This document shows positions 40,767 through 49,632 of a stretch of 64,000 nucleotides of DNA, one piece after another. A model generated the notes under the pieces. The model was not told the origin of the DNA, searched no databases, and saw nothing but the letters and a program-made list of their open reading frames with translations. How positions within the stretch are numbered: the stretch's first letter is position 1; every line of letters starts with the position of its first letter. This stretch comes from Myxococcota bacterium (GTDB lineage: Bacteria > Myxococcota_A > Polyangia > Polyangiales > Sandaracinaceae), in assembly GCA_036149055.1 (NCBI GenBank), contig JAYZQJ010000017.1:21583-85582 (forward strand). Direction: 5' to 3'. The position numbers were made by a program, and so were the translations under genes.

Positions 40767-40894
40767 CGGGAACCTCGCCATCCGATCCCATCTTACACGG
40801 AGCTCGCGCCGCATCGCGCACCGTCACATGTGCGGGCGTCCCTGCCTCGGATCTTCCGATGGTTCGCGCCGCCGAGTGTTCTCGGTCGACCCGG

Positions 40895-42402
40895 CTACGG
40901 ATACGCGGGGGCTCCGGCGAGGAGTCGATCGATCCCGTCCAGGTTCCCGAGTCCGCTCACGCATTCAGCGTAGGCGTCGAGCTTCCGCCGCCAGGCGCCC
41001 GGCGACACGCCAACCACTCTGTCGCCGATCACGCGCTTCCCGCGCTCGGGGCACCGCACGGAGGCCGCCGCGATGGCCAGGGCGTGGGGGTGGTCATTCT
41101 GGATGAGCGCCCGGAGACAGAGCAGGGCGTCGTGCTCGACGACCTTTCGCAGGTAGGCGTCCGAGGAGTCCTGGGTCCGCATCAGACGCAGCTCGGAGGT
41201 GTCGCCGAGGACCTCCTGAATCTCGTGCCGCGTCGCCGCGGTGGGAGGTTCCAGCTCTCGCGCCTCGTGCCGCACCCGAGCCAGCGCGGCTGCGAGCACG
41301 AGCAGCGAGACGCCACGGCTCTCGAGATCGGCGCACACGATGGACGCCGCGGTGTCGAGGTGCGCCAGCTCGCCGAGCCACGTGCGCGCGGTCGATCGTA
41401 CCCACTCCAGGCACGTCGGGACGACCTGGGCTGCGAGCGCGATGCTGTCGGGCGCGGTCACGCGCTCGAGCACGGCCCAGTCTATCGCCCCCACGGCACA
41501 TTCCCCGTCGCCGAGGCTCTCGGGGAGGCAGTGACTCCAGGCCGCCGTCAGCAGGGAGCTCTGCACGCACCGCTCGCCGGCACGGAGCAAGCTGGCATGC
41601 GCGTCCCATGCGTTTCCGCTCGCGAGGTGGCGCGCCAGGGCGTCCCAGGTCAGCCCCAGCCCCGAGAGCATCAGGTCCGCCACCGGCGGTCCCTCCTGCT
41701 GCACGAAGGCCGCGCACTCCAGACCGACGGAGAGCCAACGCAGGCGTTCCTCGACCAGGGAAGCCCGCGCGAGATGGAGCGCGAGCGCGCCAGCCTCTAC
41801 GGCCAGCGCGCCCACGCCGTCGCGCGGACTGTCGCCGAGCGACAAGGGGCTCTTGCCCGAGATCGCTCGGCAGACTTCGGACTGGCGAGTGGCTTCGAGC
41901 GCGCCGAACAGATCCTCGAACGAAGGGACGTCGCGCTCCGCCGAGAAGCGCTGCTCGAGCAGCGACGTGGCCGCTGCGACGAACCGGCTCTCGTACCGCG
42001 GCACCGCGTCGCAGAGCACGGGGAAGACGTCGCAGCGCGTGGGGAAGCGCCTCGAGCGAGAGCCGCCCGCGACCCACCAATCAGCCCAGTCTCTCCAGAT
42101 GTTCTCGTTCATGAGCGGCACTTCGAGGAGGCGAGGGATCAGGTCCCCGCGAGAACTGCGGCGTTCAACCGCGCTCGCGTCGCCTCGAGCAGCGGCGCCA
42201 GCACCTGACAGGTGATGGCCCCGCCGCTTCGCACCGCCCGGAAGTACGGGAGAATCCATCCATCGGCGGCCTCGACGAGGCTCAGATAGTCGGACGGCAC
42301 GCTCGTTCCGAACGCGCGCACGATCTCCGCGTCGTCGACCGTCGCGCGGTGGGCGGAGGCTCGCGGCGGCACCAGCGCGACGAGTCGGTCCAGCGCGACC
42401 AT
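40895..42402 (-). pseudogene. SUKH/SMI1-KNR4-like N-terminus (42139-42402) probably frameshifted into a long helical ORF (40895-~42145)
   Basis: LDRLVALVPP..FGTSVPSDYLSLVE is an SMI1-like pattern; the two ORFs overlap in different frames. Confidence 0.45.
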
Positions 42403-42465
42403 GCGCGCTGGCTCCTCATCACGGGGGTCGATGGGGGAAGCGAAGGGGACGTCACGGGTCGAAGA

Positions 42466-43260
42466 CTACTCCACGCGGGTAGGCGAAGTGCCGGCGGCGA
42501 ACGAAGACAGCGCATCCCCGACCTGCGAGACGTGGATCAGCCACTGCTCCCGCCCGGCCGACTCTACCCGCAACGTGGCGCCGTCCCCGACTGACCTGAG
42601 GGTCAGGACGGCCCGACGATAGTTCTCGGCTTCGAGCCAGCAGCCCTCCTCGAGCACGACTCGCTCGGCGAAGCCTGTCGCGAATCCCAGATCCGAAGCG
42701 ATACGACGTCCCGCAGGGTGGGTGGCTTCTCCGTCGCGGGCGAGGCCCCGGACCTTCAAAGTCGGAAAGATCTCGCGCGAGCACGGCCTCTTCATGGAGG
42801 GCGCATTGTGCGCGAACCATCGACCCGCCAATCGGAGATCGTCGAACGCCCAGGTCTCCGACTCGTGGACGGGCACCAGCCTCCACGCTCGCTCGAGCGG
42901 ATACTCCGCGAACATGAAGTGACTACCCCAGAACAGGCAGAGGAGGCGCCCGTGGATGCCACAGACGGGCTCCAACCCCACTCGACTGGTAGCCACCAAC
43001 GCCCGCTGAGCGCCGTCCACCTCGTCCATCACGGACTCCGCCACGTCGAAGTCGATGGCGTCCATCCACGCGTCCTCACCCGCGACGCTTCCGAACACTA
43101 CGATCCCGCCGGAACACCAGAGGAACCGGTAGCGCAGGCCCCCATCAGCAGTCAGCGAGCTGAGCTGACGAGGCAAGACTTCGACCGACTCCCCATAGCT
43201 ACGCAGCACCTCGGCCACACGGCTGACTTCGTCCAGGCTCACACCCTCATCTCCGGCCAA
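42466..43260 (-). CDS. Hypothetical protein
   Basis: 264 aa ORF with TTG start 15 bp after the upstream stop. Confidence 0.5.
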   Translation of the reverse strand: MAGDEGVSLDEVSRVAEVLRSYGESVEVLPRQLSSLTADGGLRYRFLWCSGGIVVFGSVAGEDAWMDAIDFDVAESVMDEVDGAQRALVATSRVGLEPVCGIHGRLLCLFWGSHFMFAEYPLERAWRLVPVHESETWAFDDLRLAGRWFAHNAPSMKRPCSREIFPTLKVRGLARDGEATHPAGRRIASDLGFATGFAERVVLEEGCWLEAENYRRAVLTLRSVGDGATLRVESAGREQWLIHVSQVGDALSSFAAGTSPTRVE

Positions 43261-43274
43261 GCGCCACGAATATT

Positions 43275-43574
43275 CTACGAGCAGTCATCTCCAGCCAGTC
43301 GACCCTGGAGCTGCTCGAGGCGCCGTTGAAACCGTAGCTCGGCTTCGGCGACACCCATCGATGCTCCATCCCCGAAGATCTCGCAGGCGAAGATGATGCT
43401 CGTGAAGTCGCGGGCGGTGAGTTGGAAAGCCCGCGAGAACCAGTGCATCACGATTCCGCGACTGTACTTCGAAGCCGCCTCCCTCTCGTGAACCAAGTCT
43501 ACCATCTCAATCATTGTGGCGCCTCCGTGCGCAGCTGCGCGAAGAGCGTCCACAAGAGGTTCAGCGTCGCTCAT
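43275..43574 (-). CDS. Small helical hypothetical protein (immunity-like)
   Basis: MSDAEPLVDALR..HWFSRAFQL; AGGTGG SD-like sequence. Confidence 0.6.
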   Translation of the reverse strand: MSDAEPLVDALRAAAHGGATMIEMVDLVHEREAASKYSRGIVMHWFSRAFQLTARDFTSIIFACEIFGDGASMGVAEAELRFQRRLEQLQGRLAGDDCS

Positions 43575-43923
43575 CTGCCCCCCACCTGAACGCTGATGCA
43601 TACCCGCGCTCCCCGGCAATTCTGAGGCCCTCCACTCTCCCGAGGCGCAGACGCAACGCCACTCGTACCGCGAAGACTTGTCGGGCTAGGTGAGCCACAC
43701 TCATCCCTCCCAAACCACGCGAATCCAGGAACGGAAGGCTGCCGTTCTCCGGGGGCTCGACTCGTGCGGTTGTGTTCCCATGCTCGAGCGTACTCCGCTT
43801 CCCGGAAGCGTGTCGTCAGGCGTGGTCTCTAGCAAACCATCAGGCGCCCCGTGGACCTGCAGCGCCCGCTCGCCGAGCTCGCGGTGCTCTCCGTCCCCGC
43901 CCCGGGGTCGCGGGCGCGCCGCT

Positions 43924-44481
43924 TCAGTCCTCTTCGACGGAGCTCAGCCACGCTCGGAGGGCCTCGGGAGGGTTCAGCCTCCGGAGTCGCGGGGTGTTCG
44001 AGCCGTCGGGAGGGACGACCTCGACGCTCACCACGACGTCGTTGCGACGCTCGCCTCGACCGAACATGCCGTCGCGGTCGAGCCGGGCCATGGCGCGCTC
44101 CAGGCGGCCGAGTCTCAGCTCGGCCTCTCGCTCCAGTTCCTCCTCCGTTCTGAACCCGTGAAGAGGCGGCCTACGCGCCAGCAGCTCGTGTACGGCGCGA
44201 AAGTGATCCGCGCCGAAGTCACAGTAGGGCGAGTCTGCGTAGCTCCAGCGCAGCATGTCCCGCTCCTCCGCGTCGGCGTGAGCTGCCGCGAGCGCTTCTT
44301 CGGACCACGCCGAGAGCATGGGCGCCACGACATGGCCGTCCACGACCAGCGCACAGTAGTAGAAGCGCTCGGCCGGGTGCTCCCGGAACAGCTGCGAGAA
44401 CGCCCCCGTCGCGGCCGAGTAGATGGCGCTCTCGAGCTCCTCCACCGACGGGGGTGGCCCGGCTGGCTTCGAAAACGCCAT
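43924..44481 (-). CDS. DUF4303-like protein
   Basis: AFSQL..ERFYYCAL..WSEEAL..LRWSYADSPY..AMARLDRDGMFG..RLNP; start at 44481 inferred. Confidence 0.75.
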   Translation of the reverse strand: MAFSKPAGPPPSVEELESAIYSAATGAFSQLFREHPAERFYYCALVVDGHVVAPMLSAWSEEALAAAHADAEERDMLRWSYADSPYCDFGADHFRAVHELLARRPPLHGFRTEEELEREAELRLGRLERAMARLDRDGMFGRGERRNDVVVSVEVVPPDGSNTPRLRRLNPPEALRAWLSSVEED

Positions 44482-44880
44482 ACTACCCAAGTCAAAAAGC
44501 AGATCTGGATAGCTCGACCTCCAGACCACGGCAGCGCCGTATTCCGGATGCGCCTTCAAGCGGACAGCGACCTCCAGCGCGGTGTCGATGCTCCCGATCG
44601 CCGTCTCCATCGCCTCCAGCAGGTCGGTGGTGGGCGACGCCAGCGGCTTCCACGACGCATGGGGCTTCTTCTTCGAGACGGGCACGAACCGCGCCGCGGA
44701 GCCGGTCTGGAGTCGCTCCTCGGCGAAGCGGGCCTGTTCACGCGTGATCAACGAAGTCCTCCCGGTCGAGCGCAAGCGAGATGGAGGTCATACATGCGCG
44801 GCCGCGCAGGTGCTACTCAGCCCGCTGCGGGACACGCCGTCAGTCGGCGAGTCGGCGCCCGCCTCCCCGGCCCCGCCGCG

Positions 44881-44955
44881 GTGACCGCGCCGAGCATGCA
44901 GGCGCGGGGGACGTACGCGCTGACCACCCGGTGCACCTTCGGTGGCACTGGGACG
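44881..44955 (+). mobile_element. Putative N-terminal remnant of a RAYT/Y1 transposase ending at a repeat core
   Basis: VTAPSMQARGTYALTTRCTF resembles the RAYT N-terminal PR..G.TY.LT.RC; followed directly by GCACTGGGACG (44945-44955). Confidence 0.45.
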
Positions 44956-45147
44956 TGGCTCCATGCGAGCGCGTAGCGACCGCGAGACGCACCGGCCCGT
45001 GAACACCGTGGCCATCGTCAGTAGGCCGCGCGAAGCTCGGAGGATAGGCAACTATCGGGCACCCCATCAGACCGTGCATGGGTCAGCGAAGCCAGCCGAA
45101 GTGGATGAGCCGACGTGCTCGAACCGCGAGGCGGAGCCGTCATTCCC

Positions 45148-46041
45148 TCATGACCGGCCCTCGGGCGGAGGATACCGCTCCTGCAACAGTCCTCGAAGCT
45201 TGTCCACGAGCGTATCGAGCAGCTCCGCGCTCTGATTGAGGGTGCGGACCGCGTCGTTCCGCTGCTCCCCCAAGGCTATCCCCTCGACCTGATACTGCCG
45301 ACCATCGAACTCGACGAGACCAAGGCGCTGGCCTACCTCGAACGCATCGGAACCGCGATTGATCCCTCCATCAAATAGCAGATCGAAGTCGGCGTCGCGC
45401 CCACTTGGACCCACGCGACTCTTACGTAGCTGGGCGCGAACCCGATGTCCGATGCTCGAATCCCCATGTTTGATCAGGCCCAACTTACGGATACGAATGT
45501 CCAGCGACGCGAGATAGTGCAAGGTCTCACCACCAAAGGTGCATTCCGAGCTACCGAACATGACCCCCTCCCTCGGATAGGTCTGATTGGTGCAGAGCAG
45601 AACCGCATTCGCCTTGGCGACGAGCGGAACCAACTGCCGGAGTCCGGACCGAATCAACAGCTCGACAGGGTCTTGCGAGTTCGAAGCCGGCTCCGGCGGT
45701 AGCAGCTGAGCGACGGAATCGATGACCAAGACGGTGGGTTCGAGAGCACGCAAGCTAGACGCCACCTGTGCGAGTGCAGCCTCTCCGTTCTCTGGGCGGA
45801 TGATGTCCAGCTCGGACGTGTCGACGCCACGCTGCTCCGCCATCCGGAGGTCGAGCGCGTGGTCGGCATCCACCCAGACGGCTTTGCCGCCGCACGCCTG
45901 CGCCTCCGCCACCACGTGCAGCGCCACAGATGTCTTTCCGGCACCTGGCTCGCCGTAGAGGTGCACGAGAGCTCCCCTCGGGAATCCCGCGACGCCGGTC
46001 AACTCATCCAACATGAGGATTCCTGTCGAGACCACGCTCAT
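45148..46041 (-). CDS. Divergent RecA paralogue lacking the N-terminal domain
   Basis: GGAGGTGG SD; STG..LD..G.GFPRG, GEPGAGKT, DADHALD, PENGE, VIDSVA, TNQ, GVMFG..GG; RecA-type C-terminal domain. Confidence 0.85.
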   Translation of the reverse strand: MSVVSTGILMLDELTGVAGFPRGALVHLYGEPGAGKTSVALHVVAEAQACGGKAVWVDADHALDLRMAEQRGVDTSELDIIRPENGEAALAQVASSLRALEPTVLVIDSVAQLLPPEPASNSQDPVELLIRSGLRQLVPLVAKANAVLLCTNQTYPREGVMFGSSECTFGGETLHYLASLDIRIRKLGLIKHGDSSIGHRVRAQLRKSRVGPSGRDADFDLLFDGGINRGSDAFEVGQRLGLVEFDGRQYQVEGIALGEQRNDAVRTLNQSAELLDTLVDKLRGLLQERYPPPEGRS

Positions 46042-46149
46042 GGACCACCTCCCGTGAGCGCGGTTCTTAGCACGCCAGGGGCGCGGACGGCGCCTGAGTC
46101 GAAACGCCTGCTCGAGGCCGTGCCACCCCTCGCCTCAGCGCCGCCTCGC

Positions 46150-46383
46150 CGACCGGAGAGCACGCTCGCGGCGACGCGCTACCCAAGTTGAGAGGATAGG
46201 CGCGATGAGCGCCCTTCTCCGCTGGAGACGCACTTCTCCTTTAACGAGGCCCGCTGAAGGAGACCGCTCGACACGGAACAACGCGTTGATGAGCGCGAGC
46301 GCCTCACGAGCCCGCTCGCGCTCCGAGCTCATCGCCTCGAAGAAGTACCTCCGCGCGTGCGCCCAGCAGTTGACCTCGGTGAG
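46150..46383 (-). mobile_element. IS66 transposase (TnpC) internal remnant
   Basis: EVNCWAHARRYFFEA..AREALALINALFRVER is the IS66 signature. Confidence 0.8.
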
Positions 46384-46565
46384 CGGCAGCAGCAACAACA
46401 ACCGAGGCGGCGGAGGCGGTAGCGGCTCCGACGCGGGCGGCGGCTCTGGACAGCCGGGCAACACGCTCGAGAACAGCGGAGGCGGGGGCGGCGGCGCAGG
46501 TCGCATTCGGGTGAACAGCCTCGCAGGGTCGGGCGCGCTCAGCGGCGCCACGGTCACCGGCACGC
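46384..46565 (+). pseudogene. Fragment of a Gly-rich secreted-protein C-terminus
   Basis: NSGGGGGGAGRIRVN motif without a proper 5' end; fused to the antisense IS66 fragment. Confidence 0.45.
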
Positions 46566-46626
46566 AGCGAAGGCGCGATCACCCTCGGCGAACCATGAGA
46601 ATCGAGATGCGCCTCACGCTCGACCT

Positions 46627-46740
46627 CGAGGTCCGAAAATGAAGGGGCGGCGCGGCGGAGCACCTGGGACGGAATACGCGAAGCGCGGGGAGACGGAATA
46701 CGCGAAGCGCGGCCACCCGGGACGGAAAGCGCGGGCGCGG
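46627..46740 (+). repeat. Island repeat cluster 1
   Basis: GCGGCGGAGCACCTGGGACGGAATACGCGAAGCGCGGG with a tandem partial copy and CACCCGGGACGGAAAGCGCG; direct repeat of 47579-47667. Confidence 0.9.
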
Positions 46741-47406
46741 CGGGCGCACGCGAAGGAGCGGAGGTGGCCCGTGCTCGGGGCGGCGCGACTGGTGAAGCAG
46801 CACTCGTGGGCAGAGCCCGCCTCACCGAGGAAGTGGGAGCCGGGGCCGATCCCGAGCTTTCGAGTGATCGACGACCCCGAGCACGACGCGCACTGCCGGA
46901 TGGAGGTGCTGGGCTTCCGCGGGGATTACGCGGAGGCCCGAGAGGCGCGGCTTCGCGGCGAGAACGTCGTGTGGCCGGCGGGCACGTACCTGATGAAGGT
47001 GCAGCACGGCGTCGAGGTGGCGGCGCCAGATCGCGAGTCGGTGCTCGCGGCGGACGACGTGTACGAGGAGCTGCCGGCGCGGCTCGGTGCGGAGGAGTGC
47101 CGGGCGATCAGCGAGCGACTTCGCGAGCTCTGCGTGCGCGTGGACCCGGAGCAGCAGGAGGACGCGCTCGGTGCGCGGATCGACGCCGGGGCCGAGAACG
47201 AGGTCACGCGGCGTGAGTCGCGGCGGGTTGAGACCGGCGGAGAGGAGACGCCGGCGCGACTCGTGACCTTGCGCGGCAACCTGAGGGTGCGGGAGCCCGA
47301 GACGGTGGGAGAGCCGCCGGACGTCCAGACCGGCGAGGACACGAGCGTGGCCCCGCGCGACGAGCGGGATGACGACGAGCCTCCCGACCAAACCGGCGAC
47401 AAGTAA
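46741..47406 (+). mobile_element. C-terminal remnant of a RAYT-like (Y1/HUH) transposase
   Basis: VLGAARLVKQ..P..FRGDYAEAREARLRGENVVWPAGTYLMK resembles myxobacterial RAYT C-termini; no HUH core present. Confidence 0.6.
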
Positions 47407-47411
47407 GCTCG

Positions 47412-47440
47412 GCGCGGCTCGGTGACGGCTCGAGCCGCGC
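47412..47440. terminator. GC-rich hairpin after the transposase-remnant stop
   Basis: Perfect 10-bp inverted repeat GCGCGGCTCG/CGAGCCGCGC; no U-tract. Confidence 0.4.
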
Positions 47441-47578
47441 ACAGCTGCGTCCGCCGTAGGGGTCGGCTGCGACGGATCCGCTGGCTACGTACGGACCGGC
47501 GGCAGTAGGCTGCGGGGTGCGGCCGAAGTGACGTCCGCCGGTGGCCAACGCCGCCGAGAGCTCGCTGTCCCGTCGCCG

Positions 47579-47751
47579 CGAGGTCCGCCGAAGGGCCGTT
47601 GCGGCGGAGCACCTGGGACGGAATGCGCGAAGCGCGGGCGGAATGCGCGAAGCGCGGGGCACCCGGGGCGGGTTGCGCCTCGCGCGGGGCGGAGGCGGCG
47701 GACGGCGGCGCGGGCCAGGAGCGGCCTGGGGCGGTTTGCGCCTGGCGCGGG
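47579..47751 (+). repeat. Island repeat cluster 2
   Basis: GCGGCGGAGCACCTGGGACGGAATGCGCGAAGCGCGGG with a tandem partial copy, plus variants at 47657 and 47721. Confidence 0.9.
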
Positions 47752-47757
47752 AGAGTC

Positions 47758-48315
47758 CTAGCGCCAGTCCGGTATGGTCGACGCGCCGCCGAAGGTCCCC
47801 CCGGCAACGCCGAACGATGCCCCACCACCGTTGATCGCAGCGTGCCGCACTCCAGATTCCGACGCCTCGAATCTGGCGAAGCACGCACCTCCGTCGTCCG
47901 GCATCACCCCCACGAACCACGCGTCCCATGCAACGCAGTGGAACTGCAGGACGACCACGTCCGCGAGAACTCTATAGTGGCGAAAGTAGCGAGCATAGTG
48001 AGCGGCCACCAAAGCCCACTCCGAGCCAGCTTCAGAACCCAAAAACCGCTCAACAGATCTCTCCGCATCGCGCAGCCGTGACGGGACGGATACCGGATCA
48101 ACACCAGGTGCAATTTCCACCACGCCGAGCCAAGAGTTCCAAGCTACAAACAGCCCCGGCGTCGTGCCATCAAGTTGATGCCTGAAGAACCGCGGCTGAA
48201 CACTTTGATCTACAGCGGCAACGCTGGCGCATGACGAGCGCCTCCTCTCGGCCGAGCCGGTGCAGGCGCAGGCGAAAGCGAGTAGGGCGACAACGATCCA
48301 CCTGCGTCCGTCCAA
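47758..48315 (-). CDS. Hypothetical lipoprotein
   Basis: RRWIVVALLAFACAC lipobox; lower GC; start inferred. Confidence 0.5.
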   Translation of the reverse strand: MDGRRWIVVALLAFACACTGSAERRRSSCASVAAVDQSVQPRFFRHQLDGTTPGLFVAWNSWLGVVEIAPGVDPVSVPSRLRDAERSVERFLGSEAGSEWALVAAHYARYFRHYRVLADVVVLQFHCVAWDAWFVGVMPDDGGACFARFEASESGVRHAAINGGGASFGVAGGTFGGASTIPDWR

Positions 48316-48367
48316 ATGGCGCGAGCACTTCAATGAAGAACTAGCGCCGATCAAGGGCGTGGGAAGG

Positions 48368-48685
48368 CTACTGCGCTGTAAGGAAGGTCTGTGCATCATC
48401 GAACTCAGCCGAATCGAACTCTCTATCGAGTTGAGTATTGCTTGTCCCCGAAGGGTCCCCCAGTTCGGTGTGAGGAGTAGGCAAGTATTCGCCCCAATGG
48501 TCAACGTGAAGCTGGTGCCACGGATCTCGCAGGTCATTCTCCGAGACCACGAGAGGGTCAGGGTGTTCTCGCGTGCCGATAGTGTAGGCTTCGTTGAGCG
48601 AGCTGACTTCGTCGGTTACTGCGGAACCGATCCACATCCCGGGGCGGACAGCAACACCGCGAAAGCGCTGGTCTACGTGGGACAT
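48368..48685 (-). CDS. Small hypothetical protein
   Basis: MSHVDQRF..RPGMWIG; start sits just after repeat cluster 3 in transcription order. Confidence 0.4.
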   Translation of the reverse strand: MSHVDQRFRGVAVRPGMWIGSAVTDEVSSLNEAYTIGTREHPDPLVVSENDLRDPWHQLHVDHWGEYLPTPHTELGDPSGTSNTQLDREFDSAEFDDAQTFLTAQ

Positions 48686-48724
48686 CTCGTGTCCCTGCAG
48701 CAGTTCGTTCGGTATCTGGCGGAA

Positions 48725-48855
48725 GCTGGGCAGGGGAGCACCCGGGACGGAAAGCGCGGCGCGGGGGACGAGTTCGCGCTGATCCGTCGCCGCCGCGGCG
48801 GCGGGAGGGGCTGGGCAGGGGAGCACCCGGACGGAAAGCGCGAGCGCGGGAGGGG
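48725..48855 (+). repeat. Island repeat cluster 3
   Basis: GCTGGGCAGGGGAGCACCCGG(G)ACGGAAAGCGCG(A)GCGCGGG at 48725 and 48810. Confidence 0.9.
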
Positions 48856-48873
48856 AAACGCGCGGACGATCGA

Positions 48874-49200
48874 TCACCTCCCCTGTGGCGAGGTACTACC
48901 CGCACCAATGGGAATGTCCTCGGCCCAGTAGCGGTGGAGCCACTCGGTGAGGCTGTCTTCAGCGAACCCTGCCGCAAGCACCTCGTGACGCGCTGGAAGC
49001 TCGACGTAGCCCACCGCAAAGTCCGACAGGGTTAGGACTTGGTCTAGCGTATGGCCCGGGGGAGTCGAACATGCGACGCCACAACATGGCGCGAAGAAGA
49101 AGAACTCACCCGACCGCATCTTCAGCGGAAACACCGGACCGTAGTCGATCGGGCAATCCGCGACCTGATACAGCATGCGTTGATCGATCGTCGACTCCAC
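48874..49200 (-). CDS. Small hypothetical protein with Cys motifs
   Basis: AGGAGG SD; CPID..FFAPCCG. Confidence 0.65.
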   Translation of the reverse strand: MESTIDQRMLYQVADCPIDYGPVFPLKMRSGEFFFFAPCCGVACSTPPGHTLDQVLTLSDFAVGYVELPARHEVLAAGFAEDSLTEWLHRYWAEDIPIGAGSTSPQGR

Positions 49201-49579
49201 CCGTTCCTCCTGGATGCGAAGCCCTCATTGAGCTCCGCGTAGTCCCATTCTCATCTGCGAATACGGCCAGGGTTCCACCCGGCGGACGATAGTCGAGCAA
49301 CCGGCGGACGCCCCCGGGTCGCAGGCCTCGTGAATCTCCGTTCCAATGCTCGACGAGACTGCTGCCAACCAGGTCGACCGTTCGGCTACCTCTACCCGCC
49401 AGCTCCACCGCATGAGGAGCAAACCCTCGGAGCCCGGCCGGTGCCCCGAGCTCACCCGCACCGGCGTCGCCCAGGAGTGGAGGGTCCTCCTGGGCCCTGT
49501 CGAGCCCGATCCACAGCGCAGCGACAGCGAGCACCAGTAGCGAGCCAAGGGTCGCACTCCACCTGCGAGCCCGTCTCAT
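49106..49579 (-). CDS. Hypothetical membrane-anchored protein, possibly truncated
   Basis: N-terminal TM helix; 3' end overlaps the next gene by ~95 bp. Confidence 0.35.
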   Translation of the reverse strand: MRRARRWSATLGSLLVLAVAALWIGLDRAQEDPPLLGDAGAGELGAPAGLRGFAPHAVELAGRGSRTVDLVGSSLVEHWNGDSRGLRPGGVRRLLDYRPPGGTLAVFADENGTTRSSMRASHPGGTGGVDDRSTHAVSGRGLPDRLRSGVSAEDAVG

Positions 49580-49632
49580 CTCCGCAGAAGCTACCACTGC
49601 CACGGGCGTTCAAGCGCGGTCACGCTGCAGAT

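Noticed and set aside
43690..44976. 428-aa + strand ORF
   Set aside because: Mostly antisense to the DUF4303-like gene; only the last ~30 codons look meaningful (RAYT-like N-terminus).
45148..46041. Calling this the housekeeping recA
   Set aside because: It lacks the N-terminal domain, has substitutions in conserved motifs and has atypical codon usage.
46205..46642. 145-aa + strand ORF as a real gene
   Set aside because: Chimera of antisense IS66 sequence and a Gly-rich fragment.
46627..48855. Island repeats as a CRISPR array
   Set aside because: Irregular spacing, degenerate copies, no uniform spacers and no cas genes.
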